57,739 nucleotides of DNA. Origin: a virus. The DNA is taken from the IMG/VR virus record IMGVR_UViG_3300029305_003605. One strand, written 5' to 3'. The notes below the pieces were generated by a model. It had not been told where the DNA came from. It did no database searches and saw nothing but the letters and a program-made list of their open reading frames with translations. The position numbers and the translations under genes are program-made. Shown here one piece after another: positions 17,497 to 27,308 of the stretch; position 1 is the stretch's first letter; each line of letters starts with the position of its first letter.

Positions 17497-18948
17497 ATGA
17501 ATGTAAAAACAGAAAAAAAATTCTTAAATCCGAAAAAAGACTATTTTTCATTGGATTACAGGGTACACAACATCAATTTTATGAGTGATTTTGACGATGA
17601 TAGTGCAACCAGATTTATTGAGCAGATTCGTGCATACAGTAAAGAGATTGCTAATTACCCAGAGGAATACGACAAAAACACGGATATATACTTATACATC
17701 AACAGTAGAGGTGGGGTAGTAACCTCACTTTTGGCTATGATAGACGCAATGAATTTAGTACCTAACGATTTTGTAACGGTGGGCATTGGTCAATGTGCAA
17801 GTTGCGGAGCGGTATTGCTATCCGCAGGTAAGAAGGGCAAGAGATATATCACAGAAAATGCAAGAGTGTTAATACATCAAGTTTCTGGCGGTGTTTGGGG
17901 TAAAAATTCCGAAATACAGGCAGACGCAAGAGAGATTGAGAGATTAAACAAATTGCTAATTGGTATGCTTGCAAAGAATTGCGGAAAAACTGTTGAGGAG
18001 TTGGAGCAATTAACATTGGGTGGAGATTTAGTGTTAGACGCACAACAGGCAGTAGAGTTCGGAATTGTGGACGCAGTACTCACCAAAGAAGTAATTGACC
18101 GTTTGAATAACGCAGACAATCCAGAGATAGTTGTACCAGAGAGTGAAAATGACGGTGAAGGCACACCAGATAACGCACCTATGGAATACAAAAACGATGA
18201 AAACTACTCAAACTCCTTCTTGAAAATGGAAATTAAGTCCGTTAAAGATGAAGGTGGATTTTTCTATATTAAGGGGTATGCAAGTACACCAGATGTGGAT
18301 AGAGTTGCAGACATTGTTAAGCCAGATTGCCTGTTAAAGTCAGTACAAAGAATGGGTATGCCTGCATTTATACATCAACACGACCTGTCTGGAATACCAA
18401 TGGGAGTATGTGAAAAGGTGTATATGGAAGGCACAAATACCGTAGTTGAGTTAAAAATGCCAAAAGATGATTTGGGTAAGACCGTTAAGAACAGAGTGGA
18501 CATCGGAGCATACAAAGGACTTTCTATCGGATTTGTGGCAAAGGATTATGAGTTCACACCAGAAGGATACAGAGTTATTAACGATTTAGATTGGTACGAA
18601 GTCAGCCTCGTAACCGTACCTGCTAACCCGAATGCAGAGATATTAGAGGTTAAAAACAGACAGAAAACACAAAAAAATAAAACTTGTGATATAATAAACA
18701 ACATAAAGACAATCCGAGATGTAGAAAATCTTTTATGCGAATTAGGAATAAGCAAAAAAGAGGCAGGGTACATTATCAAAGTGGTAAAATCTTCGCAGGG
18801 AGAGCCTGTTACAGAAGATGAGGGAGAGGGAGAGCCAAAACCAGAGCCACAGATAGAGGAAAAACCGCAAGAAGACAATAACACACAGGCAACAGACTTC
18901 TTGGCAGGGGTACTCAATACATTAAAGGAAGTAAACGGCAATAAGTAG
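17497..18948 (+). CDS. Fusion of a ClpP-like (S14) and an HK97-type (S78) prohead protease
   Basis: The N-terminal half has GQCASCGAVLLSAG, VLIHQVSGG and LVLDAQQAVEFGIVDAV (ClpP Ser/His/Asp contexts). The C-terminal half has GYASTPDVDRVADIV, HQHD, GLSIGF, EVSLVTVPANPNA and RDVENLLCELGISKKEA (S78 pattern). Confidence 0.65.
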   Translation: MNVKTEKKFLNPKKDYFSLDYRVHNINFMSDFDDDSATRFIEQIRAYSKEIANYPEEYDKNTDIYLYINSRGGVVTSLLAMIDAMNLVPNDFVTVGIGQCASCGAVLLSAGKKGKRYITENARVLIHQVSGGVWGKNSEIQADAREIERLNKLLIGMLAKNCGKTVEELEQLTLGGDLVLDAQQAVEFGIVDAVLTKEVIDRLNNADNPEIVVPESENDGEGTPDNAPMEYKNDENYSNSFLKMEIKSVKDEGGFFYIKGYASTPDVDRVADIVKPDCLLKSVQRMGMPAFIHQHDLSGIPMGVCEKVYMEGTNTVVELKMPKDDLGKTVKNRVDIGAYKGLSIGFVAKDYEFTPEGYRVINDLDWYEVSLVTVPANPNAEILEVKNRQKTQKNKTCDIINNIKTIRDVENLLCELGISKKEAGYIIKVVKSSQGEPVTEDEGEGEPKPEPQIEEKPQEDNNTQATDFLAGVLNTLKEVNGNK

Positions 18949-18984
18949 AGTAATCGGTAACACAAAGTTATAGGAGAAACGAAA

Positions 18985-20265
18985 ATGACAGGACAAGCAG
19001 TAAACATTGAAGAATTACAAAAGCAAATTAAAGATCAGTTATCTGAAATGCAAAATGTAATGGATGAAAGAGTAAAGGCACTTGAAACAAAAGGTGCTGA
19101 CATTGATGAGTTAAAATCAACTCAAAAATCTATGGCAGAAGATTTAGACAATAAAATTTCTGCATTAGAAAAAGTAACCGCACAAATGTCACAAGCAAAA
19201 GAAGTATCAGCAGAAGATACTGCTTATGTTGAAAACTTCAACAAAGCATTAAGTGCTATGGACAGAAAACTTGGCAGAGCAAAAAGAGAAGTATCTGTAG
19301 AAGATATTAAGGCATACAATAAAAACCTTCACAAATACATCACTCGTGGTGAAAGTGCATTATCTGATGAAGAACGCAAATCAATCAACACTATGAATGA
19401 CACAGAAGGCGGATATTTAGTTGTTCCTCAATTAGATCCTACCATTTTGGCTAAAAAGTTTGACGGCAATGGTCTATTAGAAGTTTGCGGTAAGAAGACT
19501 ACTGCAGGACTTTATGAAGAAATCATTGACTGGGCAGACTATGACGATGCATACTTCAAAAAAGAAATGCCAGAAGACGCAACATTGGCTGACGGTGAAG
19601 ACTTTGCAAAAATTCAATTCTCAAATGATGTTGTAAAATACGGCAAAAAATTCTCTCGTATCGCATTGGAAGACAGTATGGTAAACATTGAGGCAGATGT
19701 AGTTGCTAAAATGAGAGCAGGTATGAACAGAAAATTAGGTGCATTAGTTGTATCTGGACAGGGCGGTGCTCAACCGAGAGGTCTTTTGACTTATCCTGCA
19801 GGCACACAGTTCGGTCAAATCGAACAGGTTACATCTGGTACAGCAGGCACTTTGAAATTTGCTGATGTAATTTCTACATTACCTGCAAAATTAAAAGACG
19901 GATACCACGCAAACGCAAAATTCATTATGCGTAGAGCGTCATTCTTCGGTCTTTTAGCAGAGGCAGATACACAGGGTAAATTACAAATCTCTGATTTTGT
20001 TAATTTATTCTCTGCACAGGGTTTAACTCTTAACATTTTGGGATACCCTGTAAAATTTGATTGCAATATGCCTGCAGTTGCGTCTAACGCACTTGCAGTA
20101 GCATTTGGTGATTTTGATGAGGCATACTTGCTGACTTCAACTCCAACGATTGGAATTGTAAGAAACGAAACTCATCCAGATTATGTTCAACTCTGGTTAA
20201 GAGAAAGACACGATGGTAAAGTTCGTAACTTTGAGGCAGTAAAACTCTTAAAAATCCACTCATAA
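18985..20265 (+). CDS. major capsid protein (HK97 fold) with N-terminal coiled-coil delta region
   Basis: 426 aa with TEGGYLVVPQ, following the protease. It has a strong TAGGAGAA SD. Confidence 0.8.
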   Translation: MTGQAVNIEELQKQIKDQLSEMQNVMDERVKALETKGADIDELKSTQKSMAEDLDNKISALEKVTAQMSQAKEVSAEDTAYVENFNKALSAMDRKLGRAKREVSVEDIKAYNKNLHKYITRGESALSDEERKSINTMNDTEGGYLVVPQLDPTILAKKFDGNGLLEVCGKKTTAGLYEEIIDWADYDDAYFKKEMPEDATLADGEDFAKIQFSNDVVKYGKKFSRIALEDSMVNIEADVVAKMRAGMNRKLGALVVSGQGGAQPRGLLTYPAGTQFGQIEQVTSGTAGTLKFADVISTLPAKLKDGYHANAKFIMRRASFFGLLAEADTQGKLQISDFVNLFSAQGLTLNILGYPVKFDCNMPAVASNALAVAFGDFDEAYLLTSTPTIGIVRNETHPDYVQLWLRERHDGKVRNFEAVKLLKIHS

Positions 20266-20363
20266 GAGTAAAGATATGTCGTAGGGGGAGAGATTTCTCC
20301 CCTTATGGACAAACAGACAAACAAACAGGTAATACACAAAATTAAGTTATAGGAGAAATAAAA

Positions 20364-20732
20364 ATGAGCAAAATTACTGATTTAATTCACAACTCAAAAA
20401 GAGTTCTTGCAGTTGAGCCAGAAACATTGTCAGCAGACGGTGATTTGACAGGTGAAATTATTGATACTCAAGGATTTTACGCAGGTTTAATCGTGCCTTG
20501 CACATCTAAAACTGCAACATTGACAGTAAAATCTTTCAAACAATCTGATAATTCAGATATGTCAAGTCCAGAAGACATTCCTGCGTCTAATAAAGTCGTT
20601 GGTACAGGTGCTATCAACTTTGTTCCTACAAAGAGATATGTTCAAATTGTCTTAACCGCTGAAAAAGACGATGTAGCAGGAGCAACTTGCATATTATTCG
20701 GTGCAGATGTAAACGGCAAAATTAACGAATAA
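20364..20732 (+). CDS. hypothetical head-associated protein (possible decoration protein)
   Basis: 122-aa ORF immediately after the capsid gene, sharing the same 14-nt initiation box. Confidence 0.4.
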   Translation: MSKITDLIHNSKRVLAVEPETLSADGDLTGEIIDTQGFYAGLIVPCTSKTATLTVKSFKQSDNSDMSSPEDIPASNKVVGTGAINFVPTKRYVQIVLTAEKDDVAGATCILFGADVNGKINE

Positions 20733-20747
20733 GATTTGGGGTAAGAG

Positions 20748-20775
20748 AGGCAGGGTAAATACTCTGCCTTTTTTC
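20748..20775 (+). terminator. Rho-independent terminator/attenuator
   Basis: AGGCAG-10 nt-CTGCCT followed by TTTTTT. Confidence 0.55.
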
Positions 20776-20843
20776 CTTATATAAGGGATAAGTTATAAAA
20801 ACAGATGTATTTTATAATAAAAAAGTTATAGGAGAACAGAAAA

Positions 20844-21449
20844 ATGGCTAAACAGTATGTATTCACAAAAGATATTGCAGGCTCAAATAACGGATATGAG
20901 GTAGAAAACTACAATAAAAATCAAGTTATTGAGCAAAAAGACTTGTGTGAGGATTTATTCAATGCTTGGTTAAAAGCAGGAGTAATTAAAGATTTGGAAG
21001 TTGGGGAAGATGTTGAAAACTTTCTCAATGATGAAGACGGTAATGCACCTTTACCAGAAGGCACAGAGATTGTTGATGAAGGTGAGGCAAAAGACGACAC
21101 AGAAGACGCAGGAGCAGGAGAAGGTGAACAGGCAGAAGGAAATACACCCGAAGGTGAAGAAAACTCCGCAGAAGGTCAGCCAGACACCGCAGAATTAACC
21201 GATGAAAAAATCGGGGATTTAGTTTACCAAGCAAAAGAAATTTTGGAAGTGCCAGAAGGTGCAACATTGGCAGATGAAGATATTGCAAAATTAAAAGAGA
21301 TTGGAGTTGAGTTAAAAATTGCAGGTATGCAATCTTCTCAAAAACCGCAAACAATTTTGGATAAAATCAATGCGTACATTGATGAATACGAAAATGTAGG
21401 AGAAGGTGAAGGGGAAGGGGAAGGGGAAGAAGAAATCCCAGAGGCATAG
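20844..21449 (+). CDS. acidic low-complexity protein
   Basis: 201 aa, E/D/G-rich, with a (GE)n tail. Confidence 0.6.
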   Translation: MAKQYVFTKDIAGSNNGYEVENYNKNQVIEQKDLCEDLFNAWLKAGVIKDLEVGEDVENFLNDEDGNAPLPEGTEIVDEGEAKDDTEDAGAGEGEQAEGNTPEGEENSAEGQPDTAELTDEKIGDLVYQAKEILEVPEGATLADEDIAKLKEIGVELKIAGMQSSQKPQTILDKINAYIDEYENVGEGEGEGEGEEEIPEA

Positions 21450-21495
21450 AAAATAGCAAAAAACAAAAACTCTTAATAAAGTTAAATATGATATA

Positions 21496-21532
21496 ATAAG
21501 AGCAGGTAAAAAAAGTTACTTGCTCTTATTTT
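21496..21532 (+). terminator. Rho-independent terminator
   Basis: 14-bp stem ATAAGAGCAGGTAA/TTACTTGCTCTTAT (one G-T pair) followed by a T-run. Confidence 0.7.
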
Positions 21533-21578
21533 ATGTGAGAGGGCAGGCAGACACAAACAGAAATGAGGAAAAACAGAG

Positions 21579-22181
21579 ATGTCATACAATGAAATTGTTT
21601 ATCCGTACATAGAAGGTGAGCCAAAGAATGTCATAATTGATGTTAAGGAGATAAAGGCATTTTTGAAATTACCGTTAGAGCCAGACAAATATTTAGATAT
21701 GGAGTTGATTGATATGTCAGCAACGGCATTAGACTATGCGGAAAAATATTGCAGACAGATATTTGTGGAGAGAGATATTACCACAAATCGTGTCTTCTGG
21801 GGAGAGTTTAGGAATGGGCAGGTGAACACGGCATTTACATTACGCAGAACACCTGTAATGAAGTTAAAGAGCATTAAATACGATGATGATAACGAATTGG
21901 ATACATCATTCTACAAATTAGTCAGAAGGGCAGGAGATTTCGACCAGATTGCACTATTACACACAGAGCAGTTGCCAAAGGTTGAAAATGATTGGTTCCC
22001 GATTGAGATTACATATACGGCAGGGTACGAGAAGTTACCGCCAGATATTAAAAGAGGTATGTTAATGCACATTGCGTCAATGTGGCTCAACAGAGGCGAT
22101 TACGATAACAATAATTTGAAATGTCCACAAATGGCAAAAGACATTTACAAGAAGTACAAAATTATTGAAATAGGGAGTTAG
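21579..22181 (+). CDS. head-tail connector (gp6-like)
   Basis: N-terminal VKEIKAFLKLP...ELIDMSATALDYAEKYCRQ pattern and position after the capsid genes. Confidence 0.55.
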   Translation: MSYNEIVYPYIEGEPKNVIIDVKEIKAFLKLPLEPDKYLDMELIDMSATALDYAEKYCRQIFVERDITTNRVFWGEFRNGQVNTAFTLRRTPVMKLKSIKYDDDNELDTSFYKLVRRAGDFDQIALLHTEQLPKVENDWFPIEITYTAGYEKLPPDIKRGMLMHIASMWLNRGDYDNNNLKCPQMAKDIYKKYKIIEIGS

Positions 22182-22192
22182 AGGAGTAAGAA

Positions 22193-22609
22193 ATGCCGAC
22201 AGGGAGCAGAATACTAAAATCAGCAACGAAAATAGCCATTGGTGATATGGATACAAAGGTAACATTGTACGAACGCAAACAGTCCGCACCATTGAACACG
22301 AAATATCAGTTACATTTGCAGGAGATAGGAAAACCGTGGACAATGTGGGAAGTCAAAGGGAACGGAGTACAGATATTTGACGGTACAAACCTTTTGGGTA
22401 CGGCAACGGATATATTCACGATGTATTATAATGAAAAAGTCGCAAAGAAGACGGATTGTGGTACTCTTTTCATAGAGTATGATAACAGTTTATATAAGTG
22501 TTTGACCGTGAAGACATTGGACAAAAGGTGCAGAGAATTTATGACACTTTATTGTTGCGAACAGGGTAAGACATCGGCAGATAAAAAATCGGGGGTAAAC
22601 ATTTTATAA
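22193..22609 (+). CDS. head closure / head-tail adaptor protein
   Basis: 138 aa, called on position and size in the neck module. Confidence 0.4.
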   Translation: MPTGSRILKSATKIAIGDMDTKVTLYERKQSAPLNTKYQLHLQEIGKPWTMWEVKGNGVQIFDGTNLLGTATDIFTMYYNEKVAKKTDCGTLFIEYDNSLYKCLTVKTLDKRCREFMTLYCCEQGKTSADKKSGVNIL

Positions 22610-22610
22610 T

Positions 22611-23063
22611 ATGGCAGGCGGATACGATCCATTATTAAATTTTCAGAGTTTTGGTGGAAACATAGAGAATATTATGTATTTCAACGAACTTTTAGCAGAG
22701 AAGGCTCAACTCGGTGCGAGGAGAGGTCTTAATGCTTTTTGCAAAATTTTATATCAGGGTACAAAAGACGCAATAAAAAATCCGCCAAAGACTGGGATAA
22801 AATATCCGCAACTCCGAGTACGCAGTTCTGCACCGAATGAATACCCTGCAAACCAGACAGGGAAATTACGCAGAAGTGTGGGATACCAGATTGACGGATA
22901 CACCAGAGCATATTTGGGAGCAACGAAACATTATGCGTATTTTCTGGCATTGGGTACACGGAAAATGAAAAAGAGGGCATTTATAGACCGCCAGATGAAA
23001 GAGAATATTGCCAGAGGTTATGATATAATATCAACAGAGATAAATAAGGCATTGGAGATATAG
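22611..23063 (+). CDS. HK97 gp10-family neck/tail-completion protein
   Basis: TGKLRRSVGY and YAYFLALGTRKMKKRAFI resemble gp10-family motifs. Confidence 0.55.
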   Translation: MAGGYDPLLNFQSFGGNIENIMYFNELLAEKAQLGARRGLNAFCKILYQGTKDAIKNPPKTGIKYPQLRVRSSAPNEYPANQTGKLRRSVGYQIDGYTRAYLGATKHYAYFLALGTRKMKKRAFIDRQMKENIARGYDIISTEINKALEI

Positions 23064-23066
23064 CAA

Positions 23067-24194
23067 GTGAAGTTATCGGATTTAGTAAAACAGGCACAGA
23101 ATAAATTACCGCTATATACCGATTATTTTAGCGATAAGGTGAAGGTAAGCAGTTTGACCGCAGGAAGTGACGGAAAAACTTGCAGATTAGAAACAGAAAA
23201 CGCACATTCCCTCGTGGAAGGTGCGAATTTCACAATACAGGGAGCAAAGGTACTGAATAAAATTGTATCTTTAACACAGTCGCACGGATTGGGAAGACTT
23301 GTAACCGAGTATAATCATCAAGTTACTAAAAATACTCCGCTCCGTAAGGGTGATAGCACACATATCACAATACAGGGAGCAGAACAAGAGGAGTATAACG
23401 GTACATTTTTGATTATGGATATACCGAATTGCAATGTTATTGAGTTTAGCATTGATAAAAATGCACCTGCAGAGGCAACAGGAAGTCCATATATCACAGA
23501 GGATTGTTATGCAAACTTCAACGGCAGACAGACCGTAAAGGAAGTTATTGATGAAAACACGGTAGAATTTGAGTTGGAGAAGGCTACGCAGATTGACGAG
23601 GCGGTGGGAGATATTTACATACGCACAGGGGTAAGAATAAGTGGGGAGTACAGTATTGAACACGCATTAGAGGCATACGAGCAAAATGACACAAATGAGT
23701 TGTGGGGATTTTGCATATTAGACGGTGCAAATGTTAGCAAAAGCAGAGTAAATAAGACAGACGCAATAGCAACGGTGTTAGCAGGAGCAGATGTCAGAGC
23801 AGAGTTAGTACAAGATTTTAATTTTTTCGTCATAATTCCTACTACGAGTGAATATTGTTGGGTTGATTTCGTAGATTTGGCGAATGAGTTAAGAAAACCG
23901 ATTATGAAAACCTTTCACCGAGCAAGATTGGAGAGCGGTGCAACTGATGAGGATTGCCATTTAGCATTTGTTGGAGATCAGCCTGTGGATACTACAACAA
24001 AAGCATTTATGGTATATCAATACAAATTTCAGACTACGATAAATATGCAGAATGAAGACGGAGTTGAGCCAGAATTTTCACCTGCAATTCGCAGTTTGAA
24101 TATGTACCATAAACCGAATTTTGCAAATGGTGAAGATACAGAATATATGCACACAGAGGGTGATATACCAGATGAATATATAACAGTAGAGTAA
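23067..24194 (+). CDS. hypothetical structural protein
   Basis: 375-aa ORF with a GTG start, between the neck and sheath genes. Confidence 0.6.
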   Translation: MKLSDLVKQAQNKLPLYTDYFSDKVKVSSLTAGSDGKTCRLETENAHSLVEGANFTIQGAKVLNKIVSLTQSHGLGRLVTEYNHQVTKNTPLRKGDSTHITIQGAEQEEYNGTFLIMDIPNCNVIEFSIDKNAPAEATGSPYITEDCYANFNGRQTVKEVIDENTVEFELEKATQIDEAVGDIYIRTGVRISGEYSIEHALEAYEQNDTNELWGFCILDGANVSKSRVNKTDAIATVLAGADVRAELVQDFNFFVIIPTTSEYCWVDFVDLANELRKPIMKTFHRARLESGATDEDCHLAFVGDQPVDTTTKAFMVYQYKFQTTINMQNEDGVEPEFSPAIRSLNMYHKPNFANGEDTEYMHTEGDIPDEYITVE

Positions 24195-24224
24195 GACAGG
24201 TACACTAATATAGGAGAAAAAACT

Positions 24225-24416
24225 ATGGCAGACATTAAAAAAATTAAGGTAAACAAACCGTTAAAAACATTTAAGGCAGGACAAGTTATTGAAGTAGATT
24301 TTGACAATTACAAAGACAGAATTTATTGGAAGAGAAGACTTGAAGACGCAAAAATTGACGGATGTTGCGAATTGATTGCAGAAGGCAAAAAAGAAGATAA
24401 AGCCACAAAAAAATAA
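24225..24416 (+). CDS. hypothetical protein
   Basis: 63-aa ORF with TAGGAGAA upstream. Confidence 0.55.
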   Translation: MADIKKIKVNKPLKTFKAGQVIEVDFDNYKDRIYWKRRLEDAKIDGCCELIAEGKKEDKATKK

Positions 24417-24478
24417 AATGTGGTACAATAAAAACAAAGCAGTAGATAATTATTACACAAAGTACAGGAGATAAAAAA

Positions 24479-26032
24479 ATGGGAGAAACTTTACCAAAAT
24501 TAAACTTCAACATACTTCCTGCTGATGTAGAGGTTGGTCTTGCTTCACAAAGAATTTTGTTTATCGGACAAAAGACCGCAGAAGGCACGGCAACCGCAGA
24601 GAAGTTAGTACAGAATATTGCAAACGACAATAGTTGGGATACATTATTCGGTAAAAAGTCAGTTCTGGCAAATATGATACGCAGAGCAAGAAAACTGTGT
24701 ACAGATTGCGGATACCAAGTTGCAATAGACGCAATACCTCTGGAAGATAGCACAGAAGAAACTGCGTCAAAGGCAAGTGCAACAATCACATTTGCAGGCA
24801 CGGCAACAGATACAAGCGATATTTCAATCGTTATTGGTAGTGAATACTATCATAAATACAATATCAGTTGTGCAAAAGACGCAACTGCAAATCAGGTAGC
24901 AACTGCGTTAAAGAATAAGATTGACGCAGATACAAAAGCACCTTTCACGGCAAGTGTGAGCGGTGCAGTTGTAACAATTACCGCAGAAAACACAGGTACA
25001 ATTTACAATAACACGGCAATTTACACAGAGGGTGCATTAGAAGGCATAACAACTACCATAACTGCATTTACAGGCGGTGCGGTAGATTGTGAAGTTGATG
25101 ATGATATTTTGGCACTCATTGAACAGTTAAGATACCAAGCGATTGTATCACCTGTTGAGTACGGTATTCAGTACATTAAAACCGAATTAGACGCAAGATT
25201 TAACACAAATAATAAGGTAATGGACGGAGTATTATTCGTAGATAAGACAGACACATTGGCAAACCACAGAACAGCATTGGCAAGTTTGAACTCCCAGAAT
25301 GTTCATTATCAATGTGATAAACTTGTTTCAGCAGATAATTACAAAGGTTCATCAATACCAGAATTTAGTTACATCAAGGCAACATACAATGCAACAATGA
25401 GAGCATTGAGAGTGTCAGAAGGCTCACAGTTGAGTACAGTTGTTATCGGACAATACCCAGACGATATAATGGGCGGAACACATAACAATTCATTACCATT
25501 CTTCAACTCAAAATGTGCATATTTGAACGCAATTAAACCGCAATATCATTGGAAATCTGATGAAATCAAAGAACTTAATGATAACGGTGGAAGTGTTTGG
25601 AATAACAATGCGAGCGACAACGGAATTGTTATGGGAGAGCAACTCACAACATACAAAACAGATAGTGCAGGTAATGAAGATATTACTTGGAAATATCTTA
25701 ACTACCGTGATACAGAGAGTGCAGTTCGTGAATACCGATTCGTAAACTTCAAGAAGGATTTTGCACAAAGCAGAATGAATGACGATACAGAAAAGGTAGT
25801 CAGAAACGCATTTATCAAGTATTACAGAGCATTATCAAGTGATAATTTCAGACTTTTAAGAAGTGGCAAAGAGGCATTGAATTTCTATAAGGAAAATTTG
25901 AAAATCTCTTTGGACTTCGCAAAAGGACAGGTAACGGTGTACTGTTTAGATCCGATTGTAACACAGTTGAGAGAATGTATTGGATACTTCAAAGTTACAT
26001 TCAGTTTGGAAACAGGCGAGGCAGTAGAGTAG
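24479..26032 (+). CDS. tail sheath protein
   Basis: 517 aa immediately upstream of the tube, chaperone and tape-measure genes. Called from synteny. Confidence 0.65.
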   Translation: MGETLPKLNFNILPADVEVGLASQRILFIGQKTAEGTATAEKLVQNIANDNSWDTLFGKKSVLANMIRRARKLCTDCGYQVAIDAIPLEDSTEETASKASATITFAGTATDTSDISIVIGSEYYHKYNISCAKDATANQVATALKNKIDADTKAPFTASVSGAVVTITAENTGTIYNNTAIYTEGALEGITTTITAFTGGAVDCEVDDDILALIEQLRYQAIVSPVEYGIQYIKTELDARFNTNNKVMDGVLFVDKTDTLANHRTALASLNSQNVHYQCDKLVSADNYKGSSIPEFSYIKATYNATMRALRVSEGSQLSTVVIGQYPDDIMGGTHNNSLPFFNSKCAYLNAIKPQYHWKSDEIKELNDNGGSVWNNNASDNGIVMGEQLTTYKTDSAGNEDITWKYLNYRDTESAVREYRFVNFKKDFAQSRMNDDTEKVVRNAFIKYYRALSSDNFRLLRSGKEALNFYKENLKISLDFAKGQVTVYCLDPIVTQLRECIGYFKVTFSLETGEAVE

Positions 26033-26067
26033 TAGTAGCAGTAACAAAGGCATAGGAGAATAAAAAA

Positions 26068-26454
26068 ATGGGAAATACTAACATTTTATCACAGACCTGT
26101 GTTAAGATAAACAATACATACTTTGACATTACAGAAGGTTCTTTCAAGATTAAGAAGGGATACGGAAGTAAGGAAAGTGTAAAAACTATCGGAGAGGCAG
26201 GCAAAATCGTTCGTAACATCGTTCATAAGACAGAGGACAAAGTTGCGACAGGTAGTTTTAGCATTGTTAATACACAGGAAAACCAAGACAAAATAGACGC
26301 ACTAATGGACAATGATAGTTTGACTATTGAAGGCATTGATGTTAATGGAGCATACACTCCTGTAACAAATGCGTCTATCATCAACGATCCAGAATGGGTT
26401 GGAAGTTCAGACGGTGTTGAAATTCAATTTGAAGGTGATAGCACCGTAGCATAG
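26068..26454 (+). CDS. tail tube protein
   Basis: 128 aa between the sheath and chaperone genes. Confidence 0.55.
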   Translation: MGNTNILSQTCVKINNTYFDITEGSFKIKKGYGSKESVKTIGEAGKIVRNIVHKTEDKVATGSFSIVNTQENQDKIDALMDNDSLTIEGIDVNGAYTPVTNASIINDPEWVGSSDGVEIQFEGDSTVA

Positions 26455-26496
26455 CAATAGCAGAAGATTTCTTCAACTACAAATCAAATCATAGGG

Positions 26497-26538
26497 GGGT
26501 AGAGGCGGATACACAAAAATCAACTTCTACCCTTTTTT
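26497..26538 (+). terminator. Rho-independent terminator/attenuator after tube gene
   Basis: GGGTAGAGG...CTTCTACCC stem followed by TTTTTT. Confidence 0.6.
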
Positions 26539-26586
26539 GAGAAAACACAAACAGAAATACAAAAACAAAAAGAGGAGAACAGAAAA

Positions 26587-27081
26587 ATGAAAAAAACTTT
26601 TAAGCACGATTTATTAGAGGCATTTCAGTACAGTAAGGGCGGTAACTTTTCACAGGCTACCGTCATTGAGGTAACTGCACCTAAAAATCCAGATTTTTAC
26701 GAGGGGTTACAATTCTTGGACAGTTTGTATAACCGTGCAGAATTGAAATCGTTGAAAAGCATTGCAGGCATTGTAAAAGATTTGGAAAAACTGACAGAGG
26801 AGCAGAAGGACAAAGCAAAAGAGCAGGACAATGCACTAACAGAAGATGAACAGGCAATAAACTCATACAATCAGTTACTTTCTGGCTTGGAGCAGGCAGA
26901 AATTAAGCAGTTGAATGTATGTATTGCAGAACTTCTGGCAAAATCAGCCGTGATAAACGGTGAAGATAAGTTTGAGGCGGTAATGTTCAACGAATTGAGC
27001 ATTGAAGACAGAAGACTGTTGATAGGTAAATATTTGCAAAATTTTACCAGTACAGCCCAACGCAACTCCAAAAACGGATAA
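26587..27081 (+). CDS. tail assembly chaperone (short, in-frame product)
   Basis: 164 aa directly upstream of the tape measure. Confidence 0.6.
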   Translation: MKKTFKHDLLEAFQYSKGGNFSQATVIEVTAPKNPDFYEGLQFLDSLYNRAELKSLKSIAGIVKDLEKLTEEQKDKAKEQDNALTEDEQAINSYNQLLSGLEQAEIKQLNVCIAELLAKSAVINGEDKFEAVMFNELSIEDRRLLIGKYLQNFTSTAQRNSKNG

Positions 27082-27284
27082 TTGATTTTGATGTCCGAAA
27101 AGGCGATTGGGAGTACCTCAAACATAAAATTGTGAAATATTACGAGGGAGCAATCAGTTATACAGAGATTGAGAACTCCCTCACGATACCAGAGATATTA
27201 GAACTCAACCGTAGTGCAACCAGAATTGAGGCAGAGAATAAAAAAGCCACAGAAGACGCAATGCGGAGCGGTAAAAGAAGGTAA
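26587..27284 (+). CDS. tail assembly chaperone, -1 frameshift product (26587..27045 joined to 27045..27284)
   Basis: The -1 frame is open from 27030 to TAA 27282-27284 without its own start codon. The slippery heptamer lies inside the overlap. Confidence 0.5.
27039..27045 (+). promoter_or_regulatory. Candidate -1 slippery heptamer A_AAT_TTT
   Basis: Fits X_XXY_YYZ in the zero frame of 26587..27081 and lies within the 52-nt two-frame overlap. Confidence 0.4.
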
Positions 27285-27308
27285 CAGGACAATACAGGAA
27301 TAAACACA

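Noticed and set aside
21001-21198. 65-aa K/Q-rich ORF in an alternative frame of the acidic protein gene
   Set aside because: It is a frame-shifted reading of GAA/GAC-rich sequence with no initiation signals.
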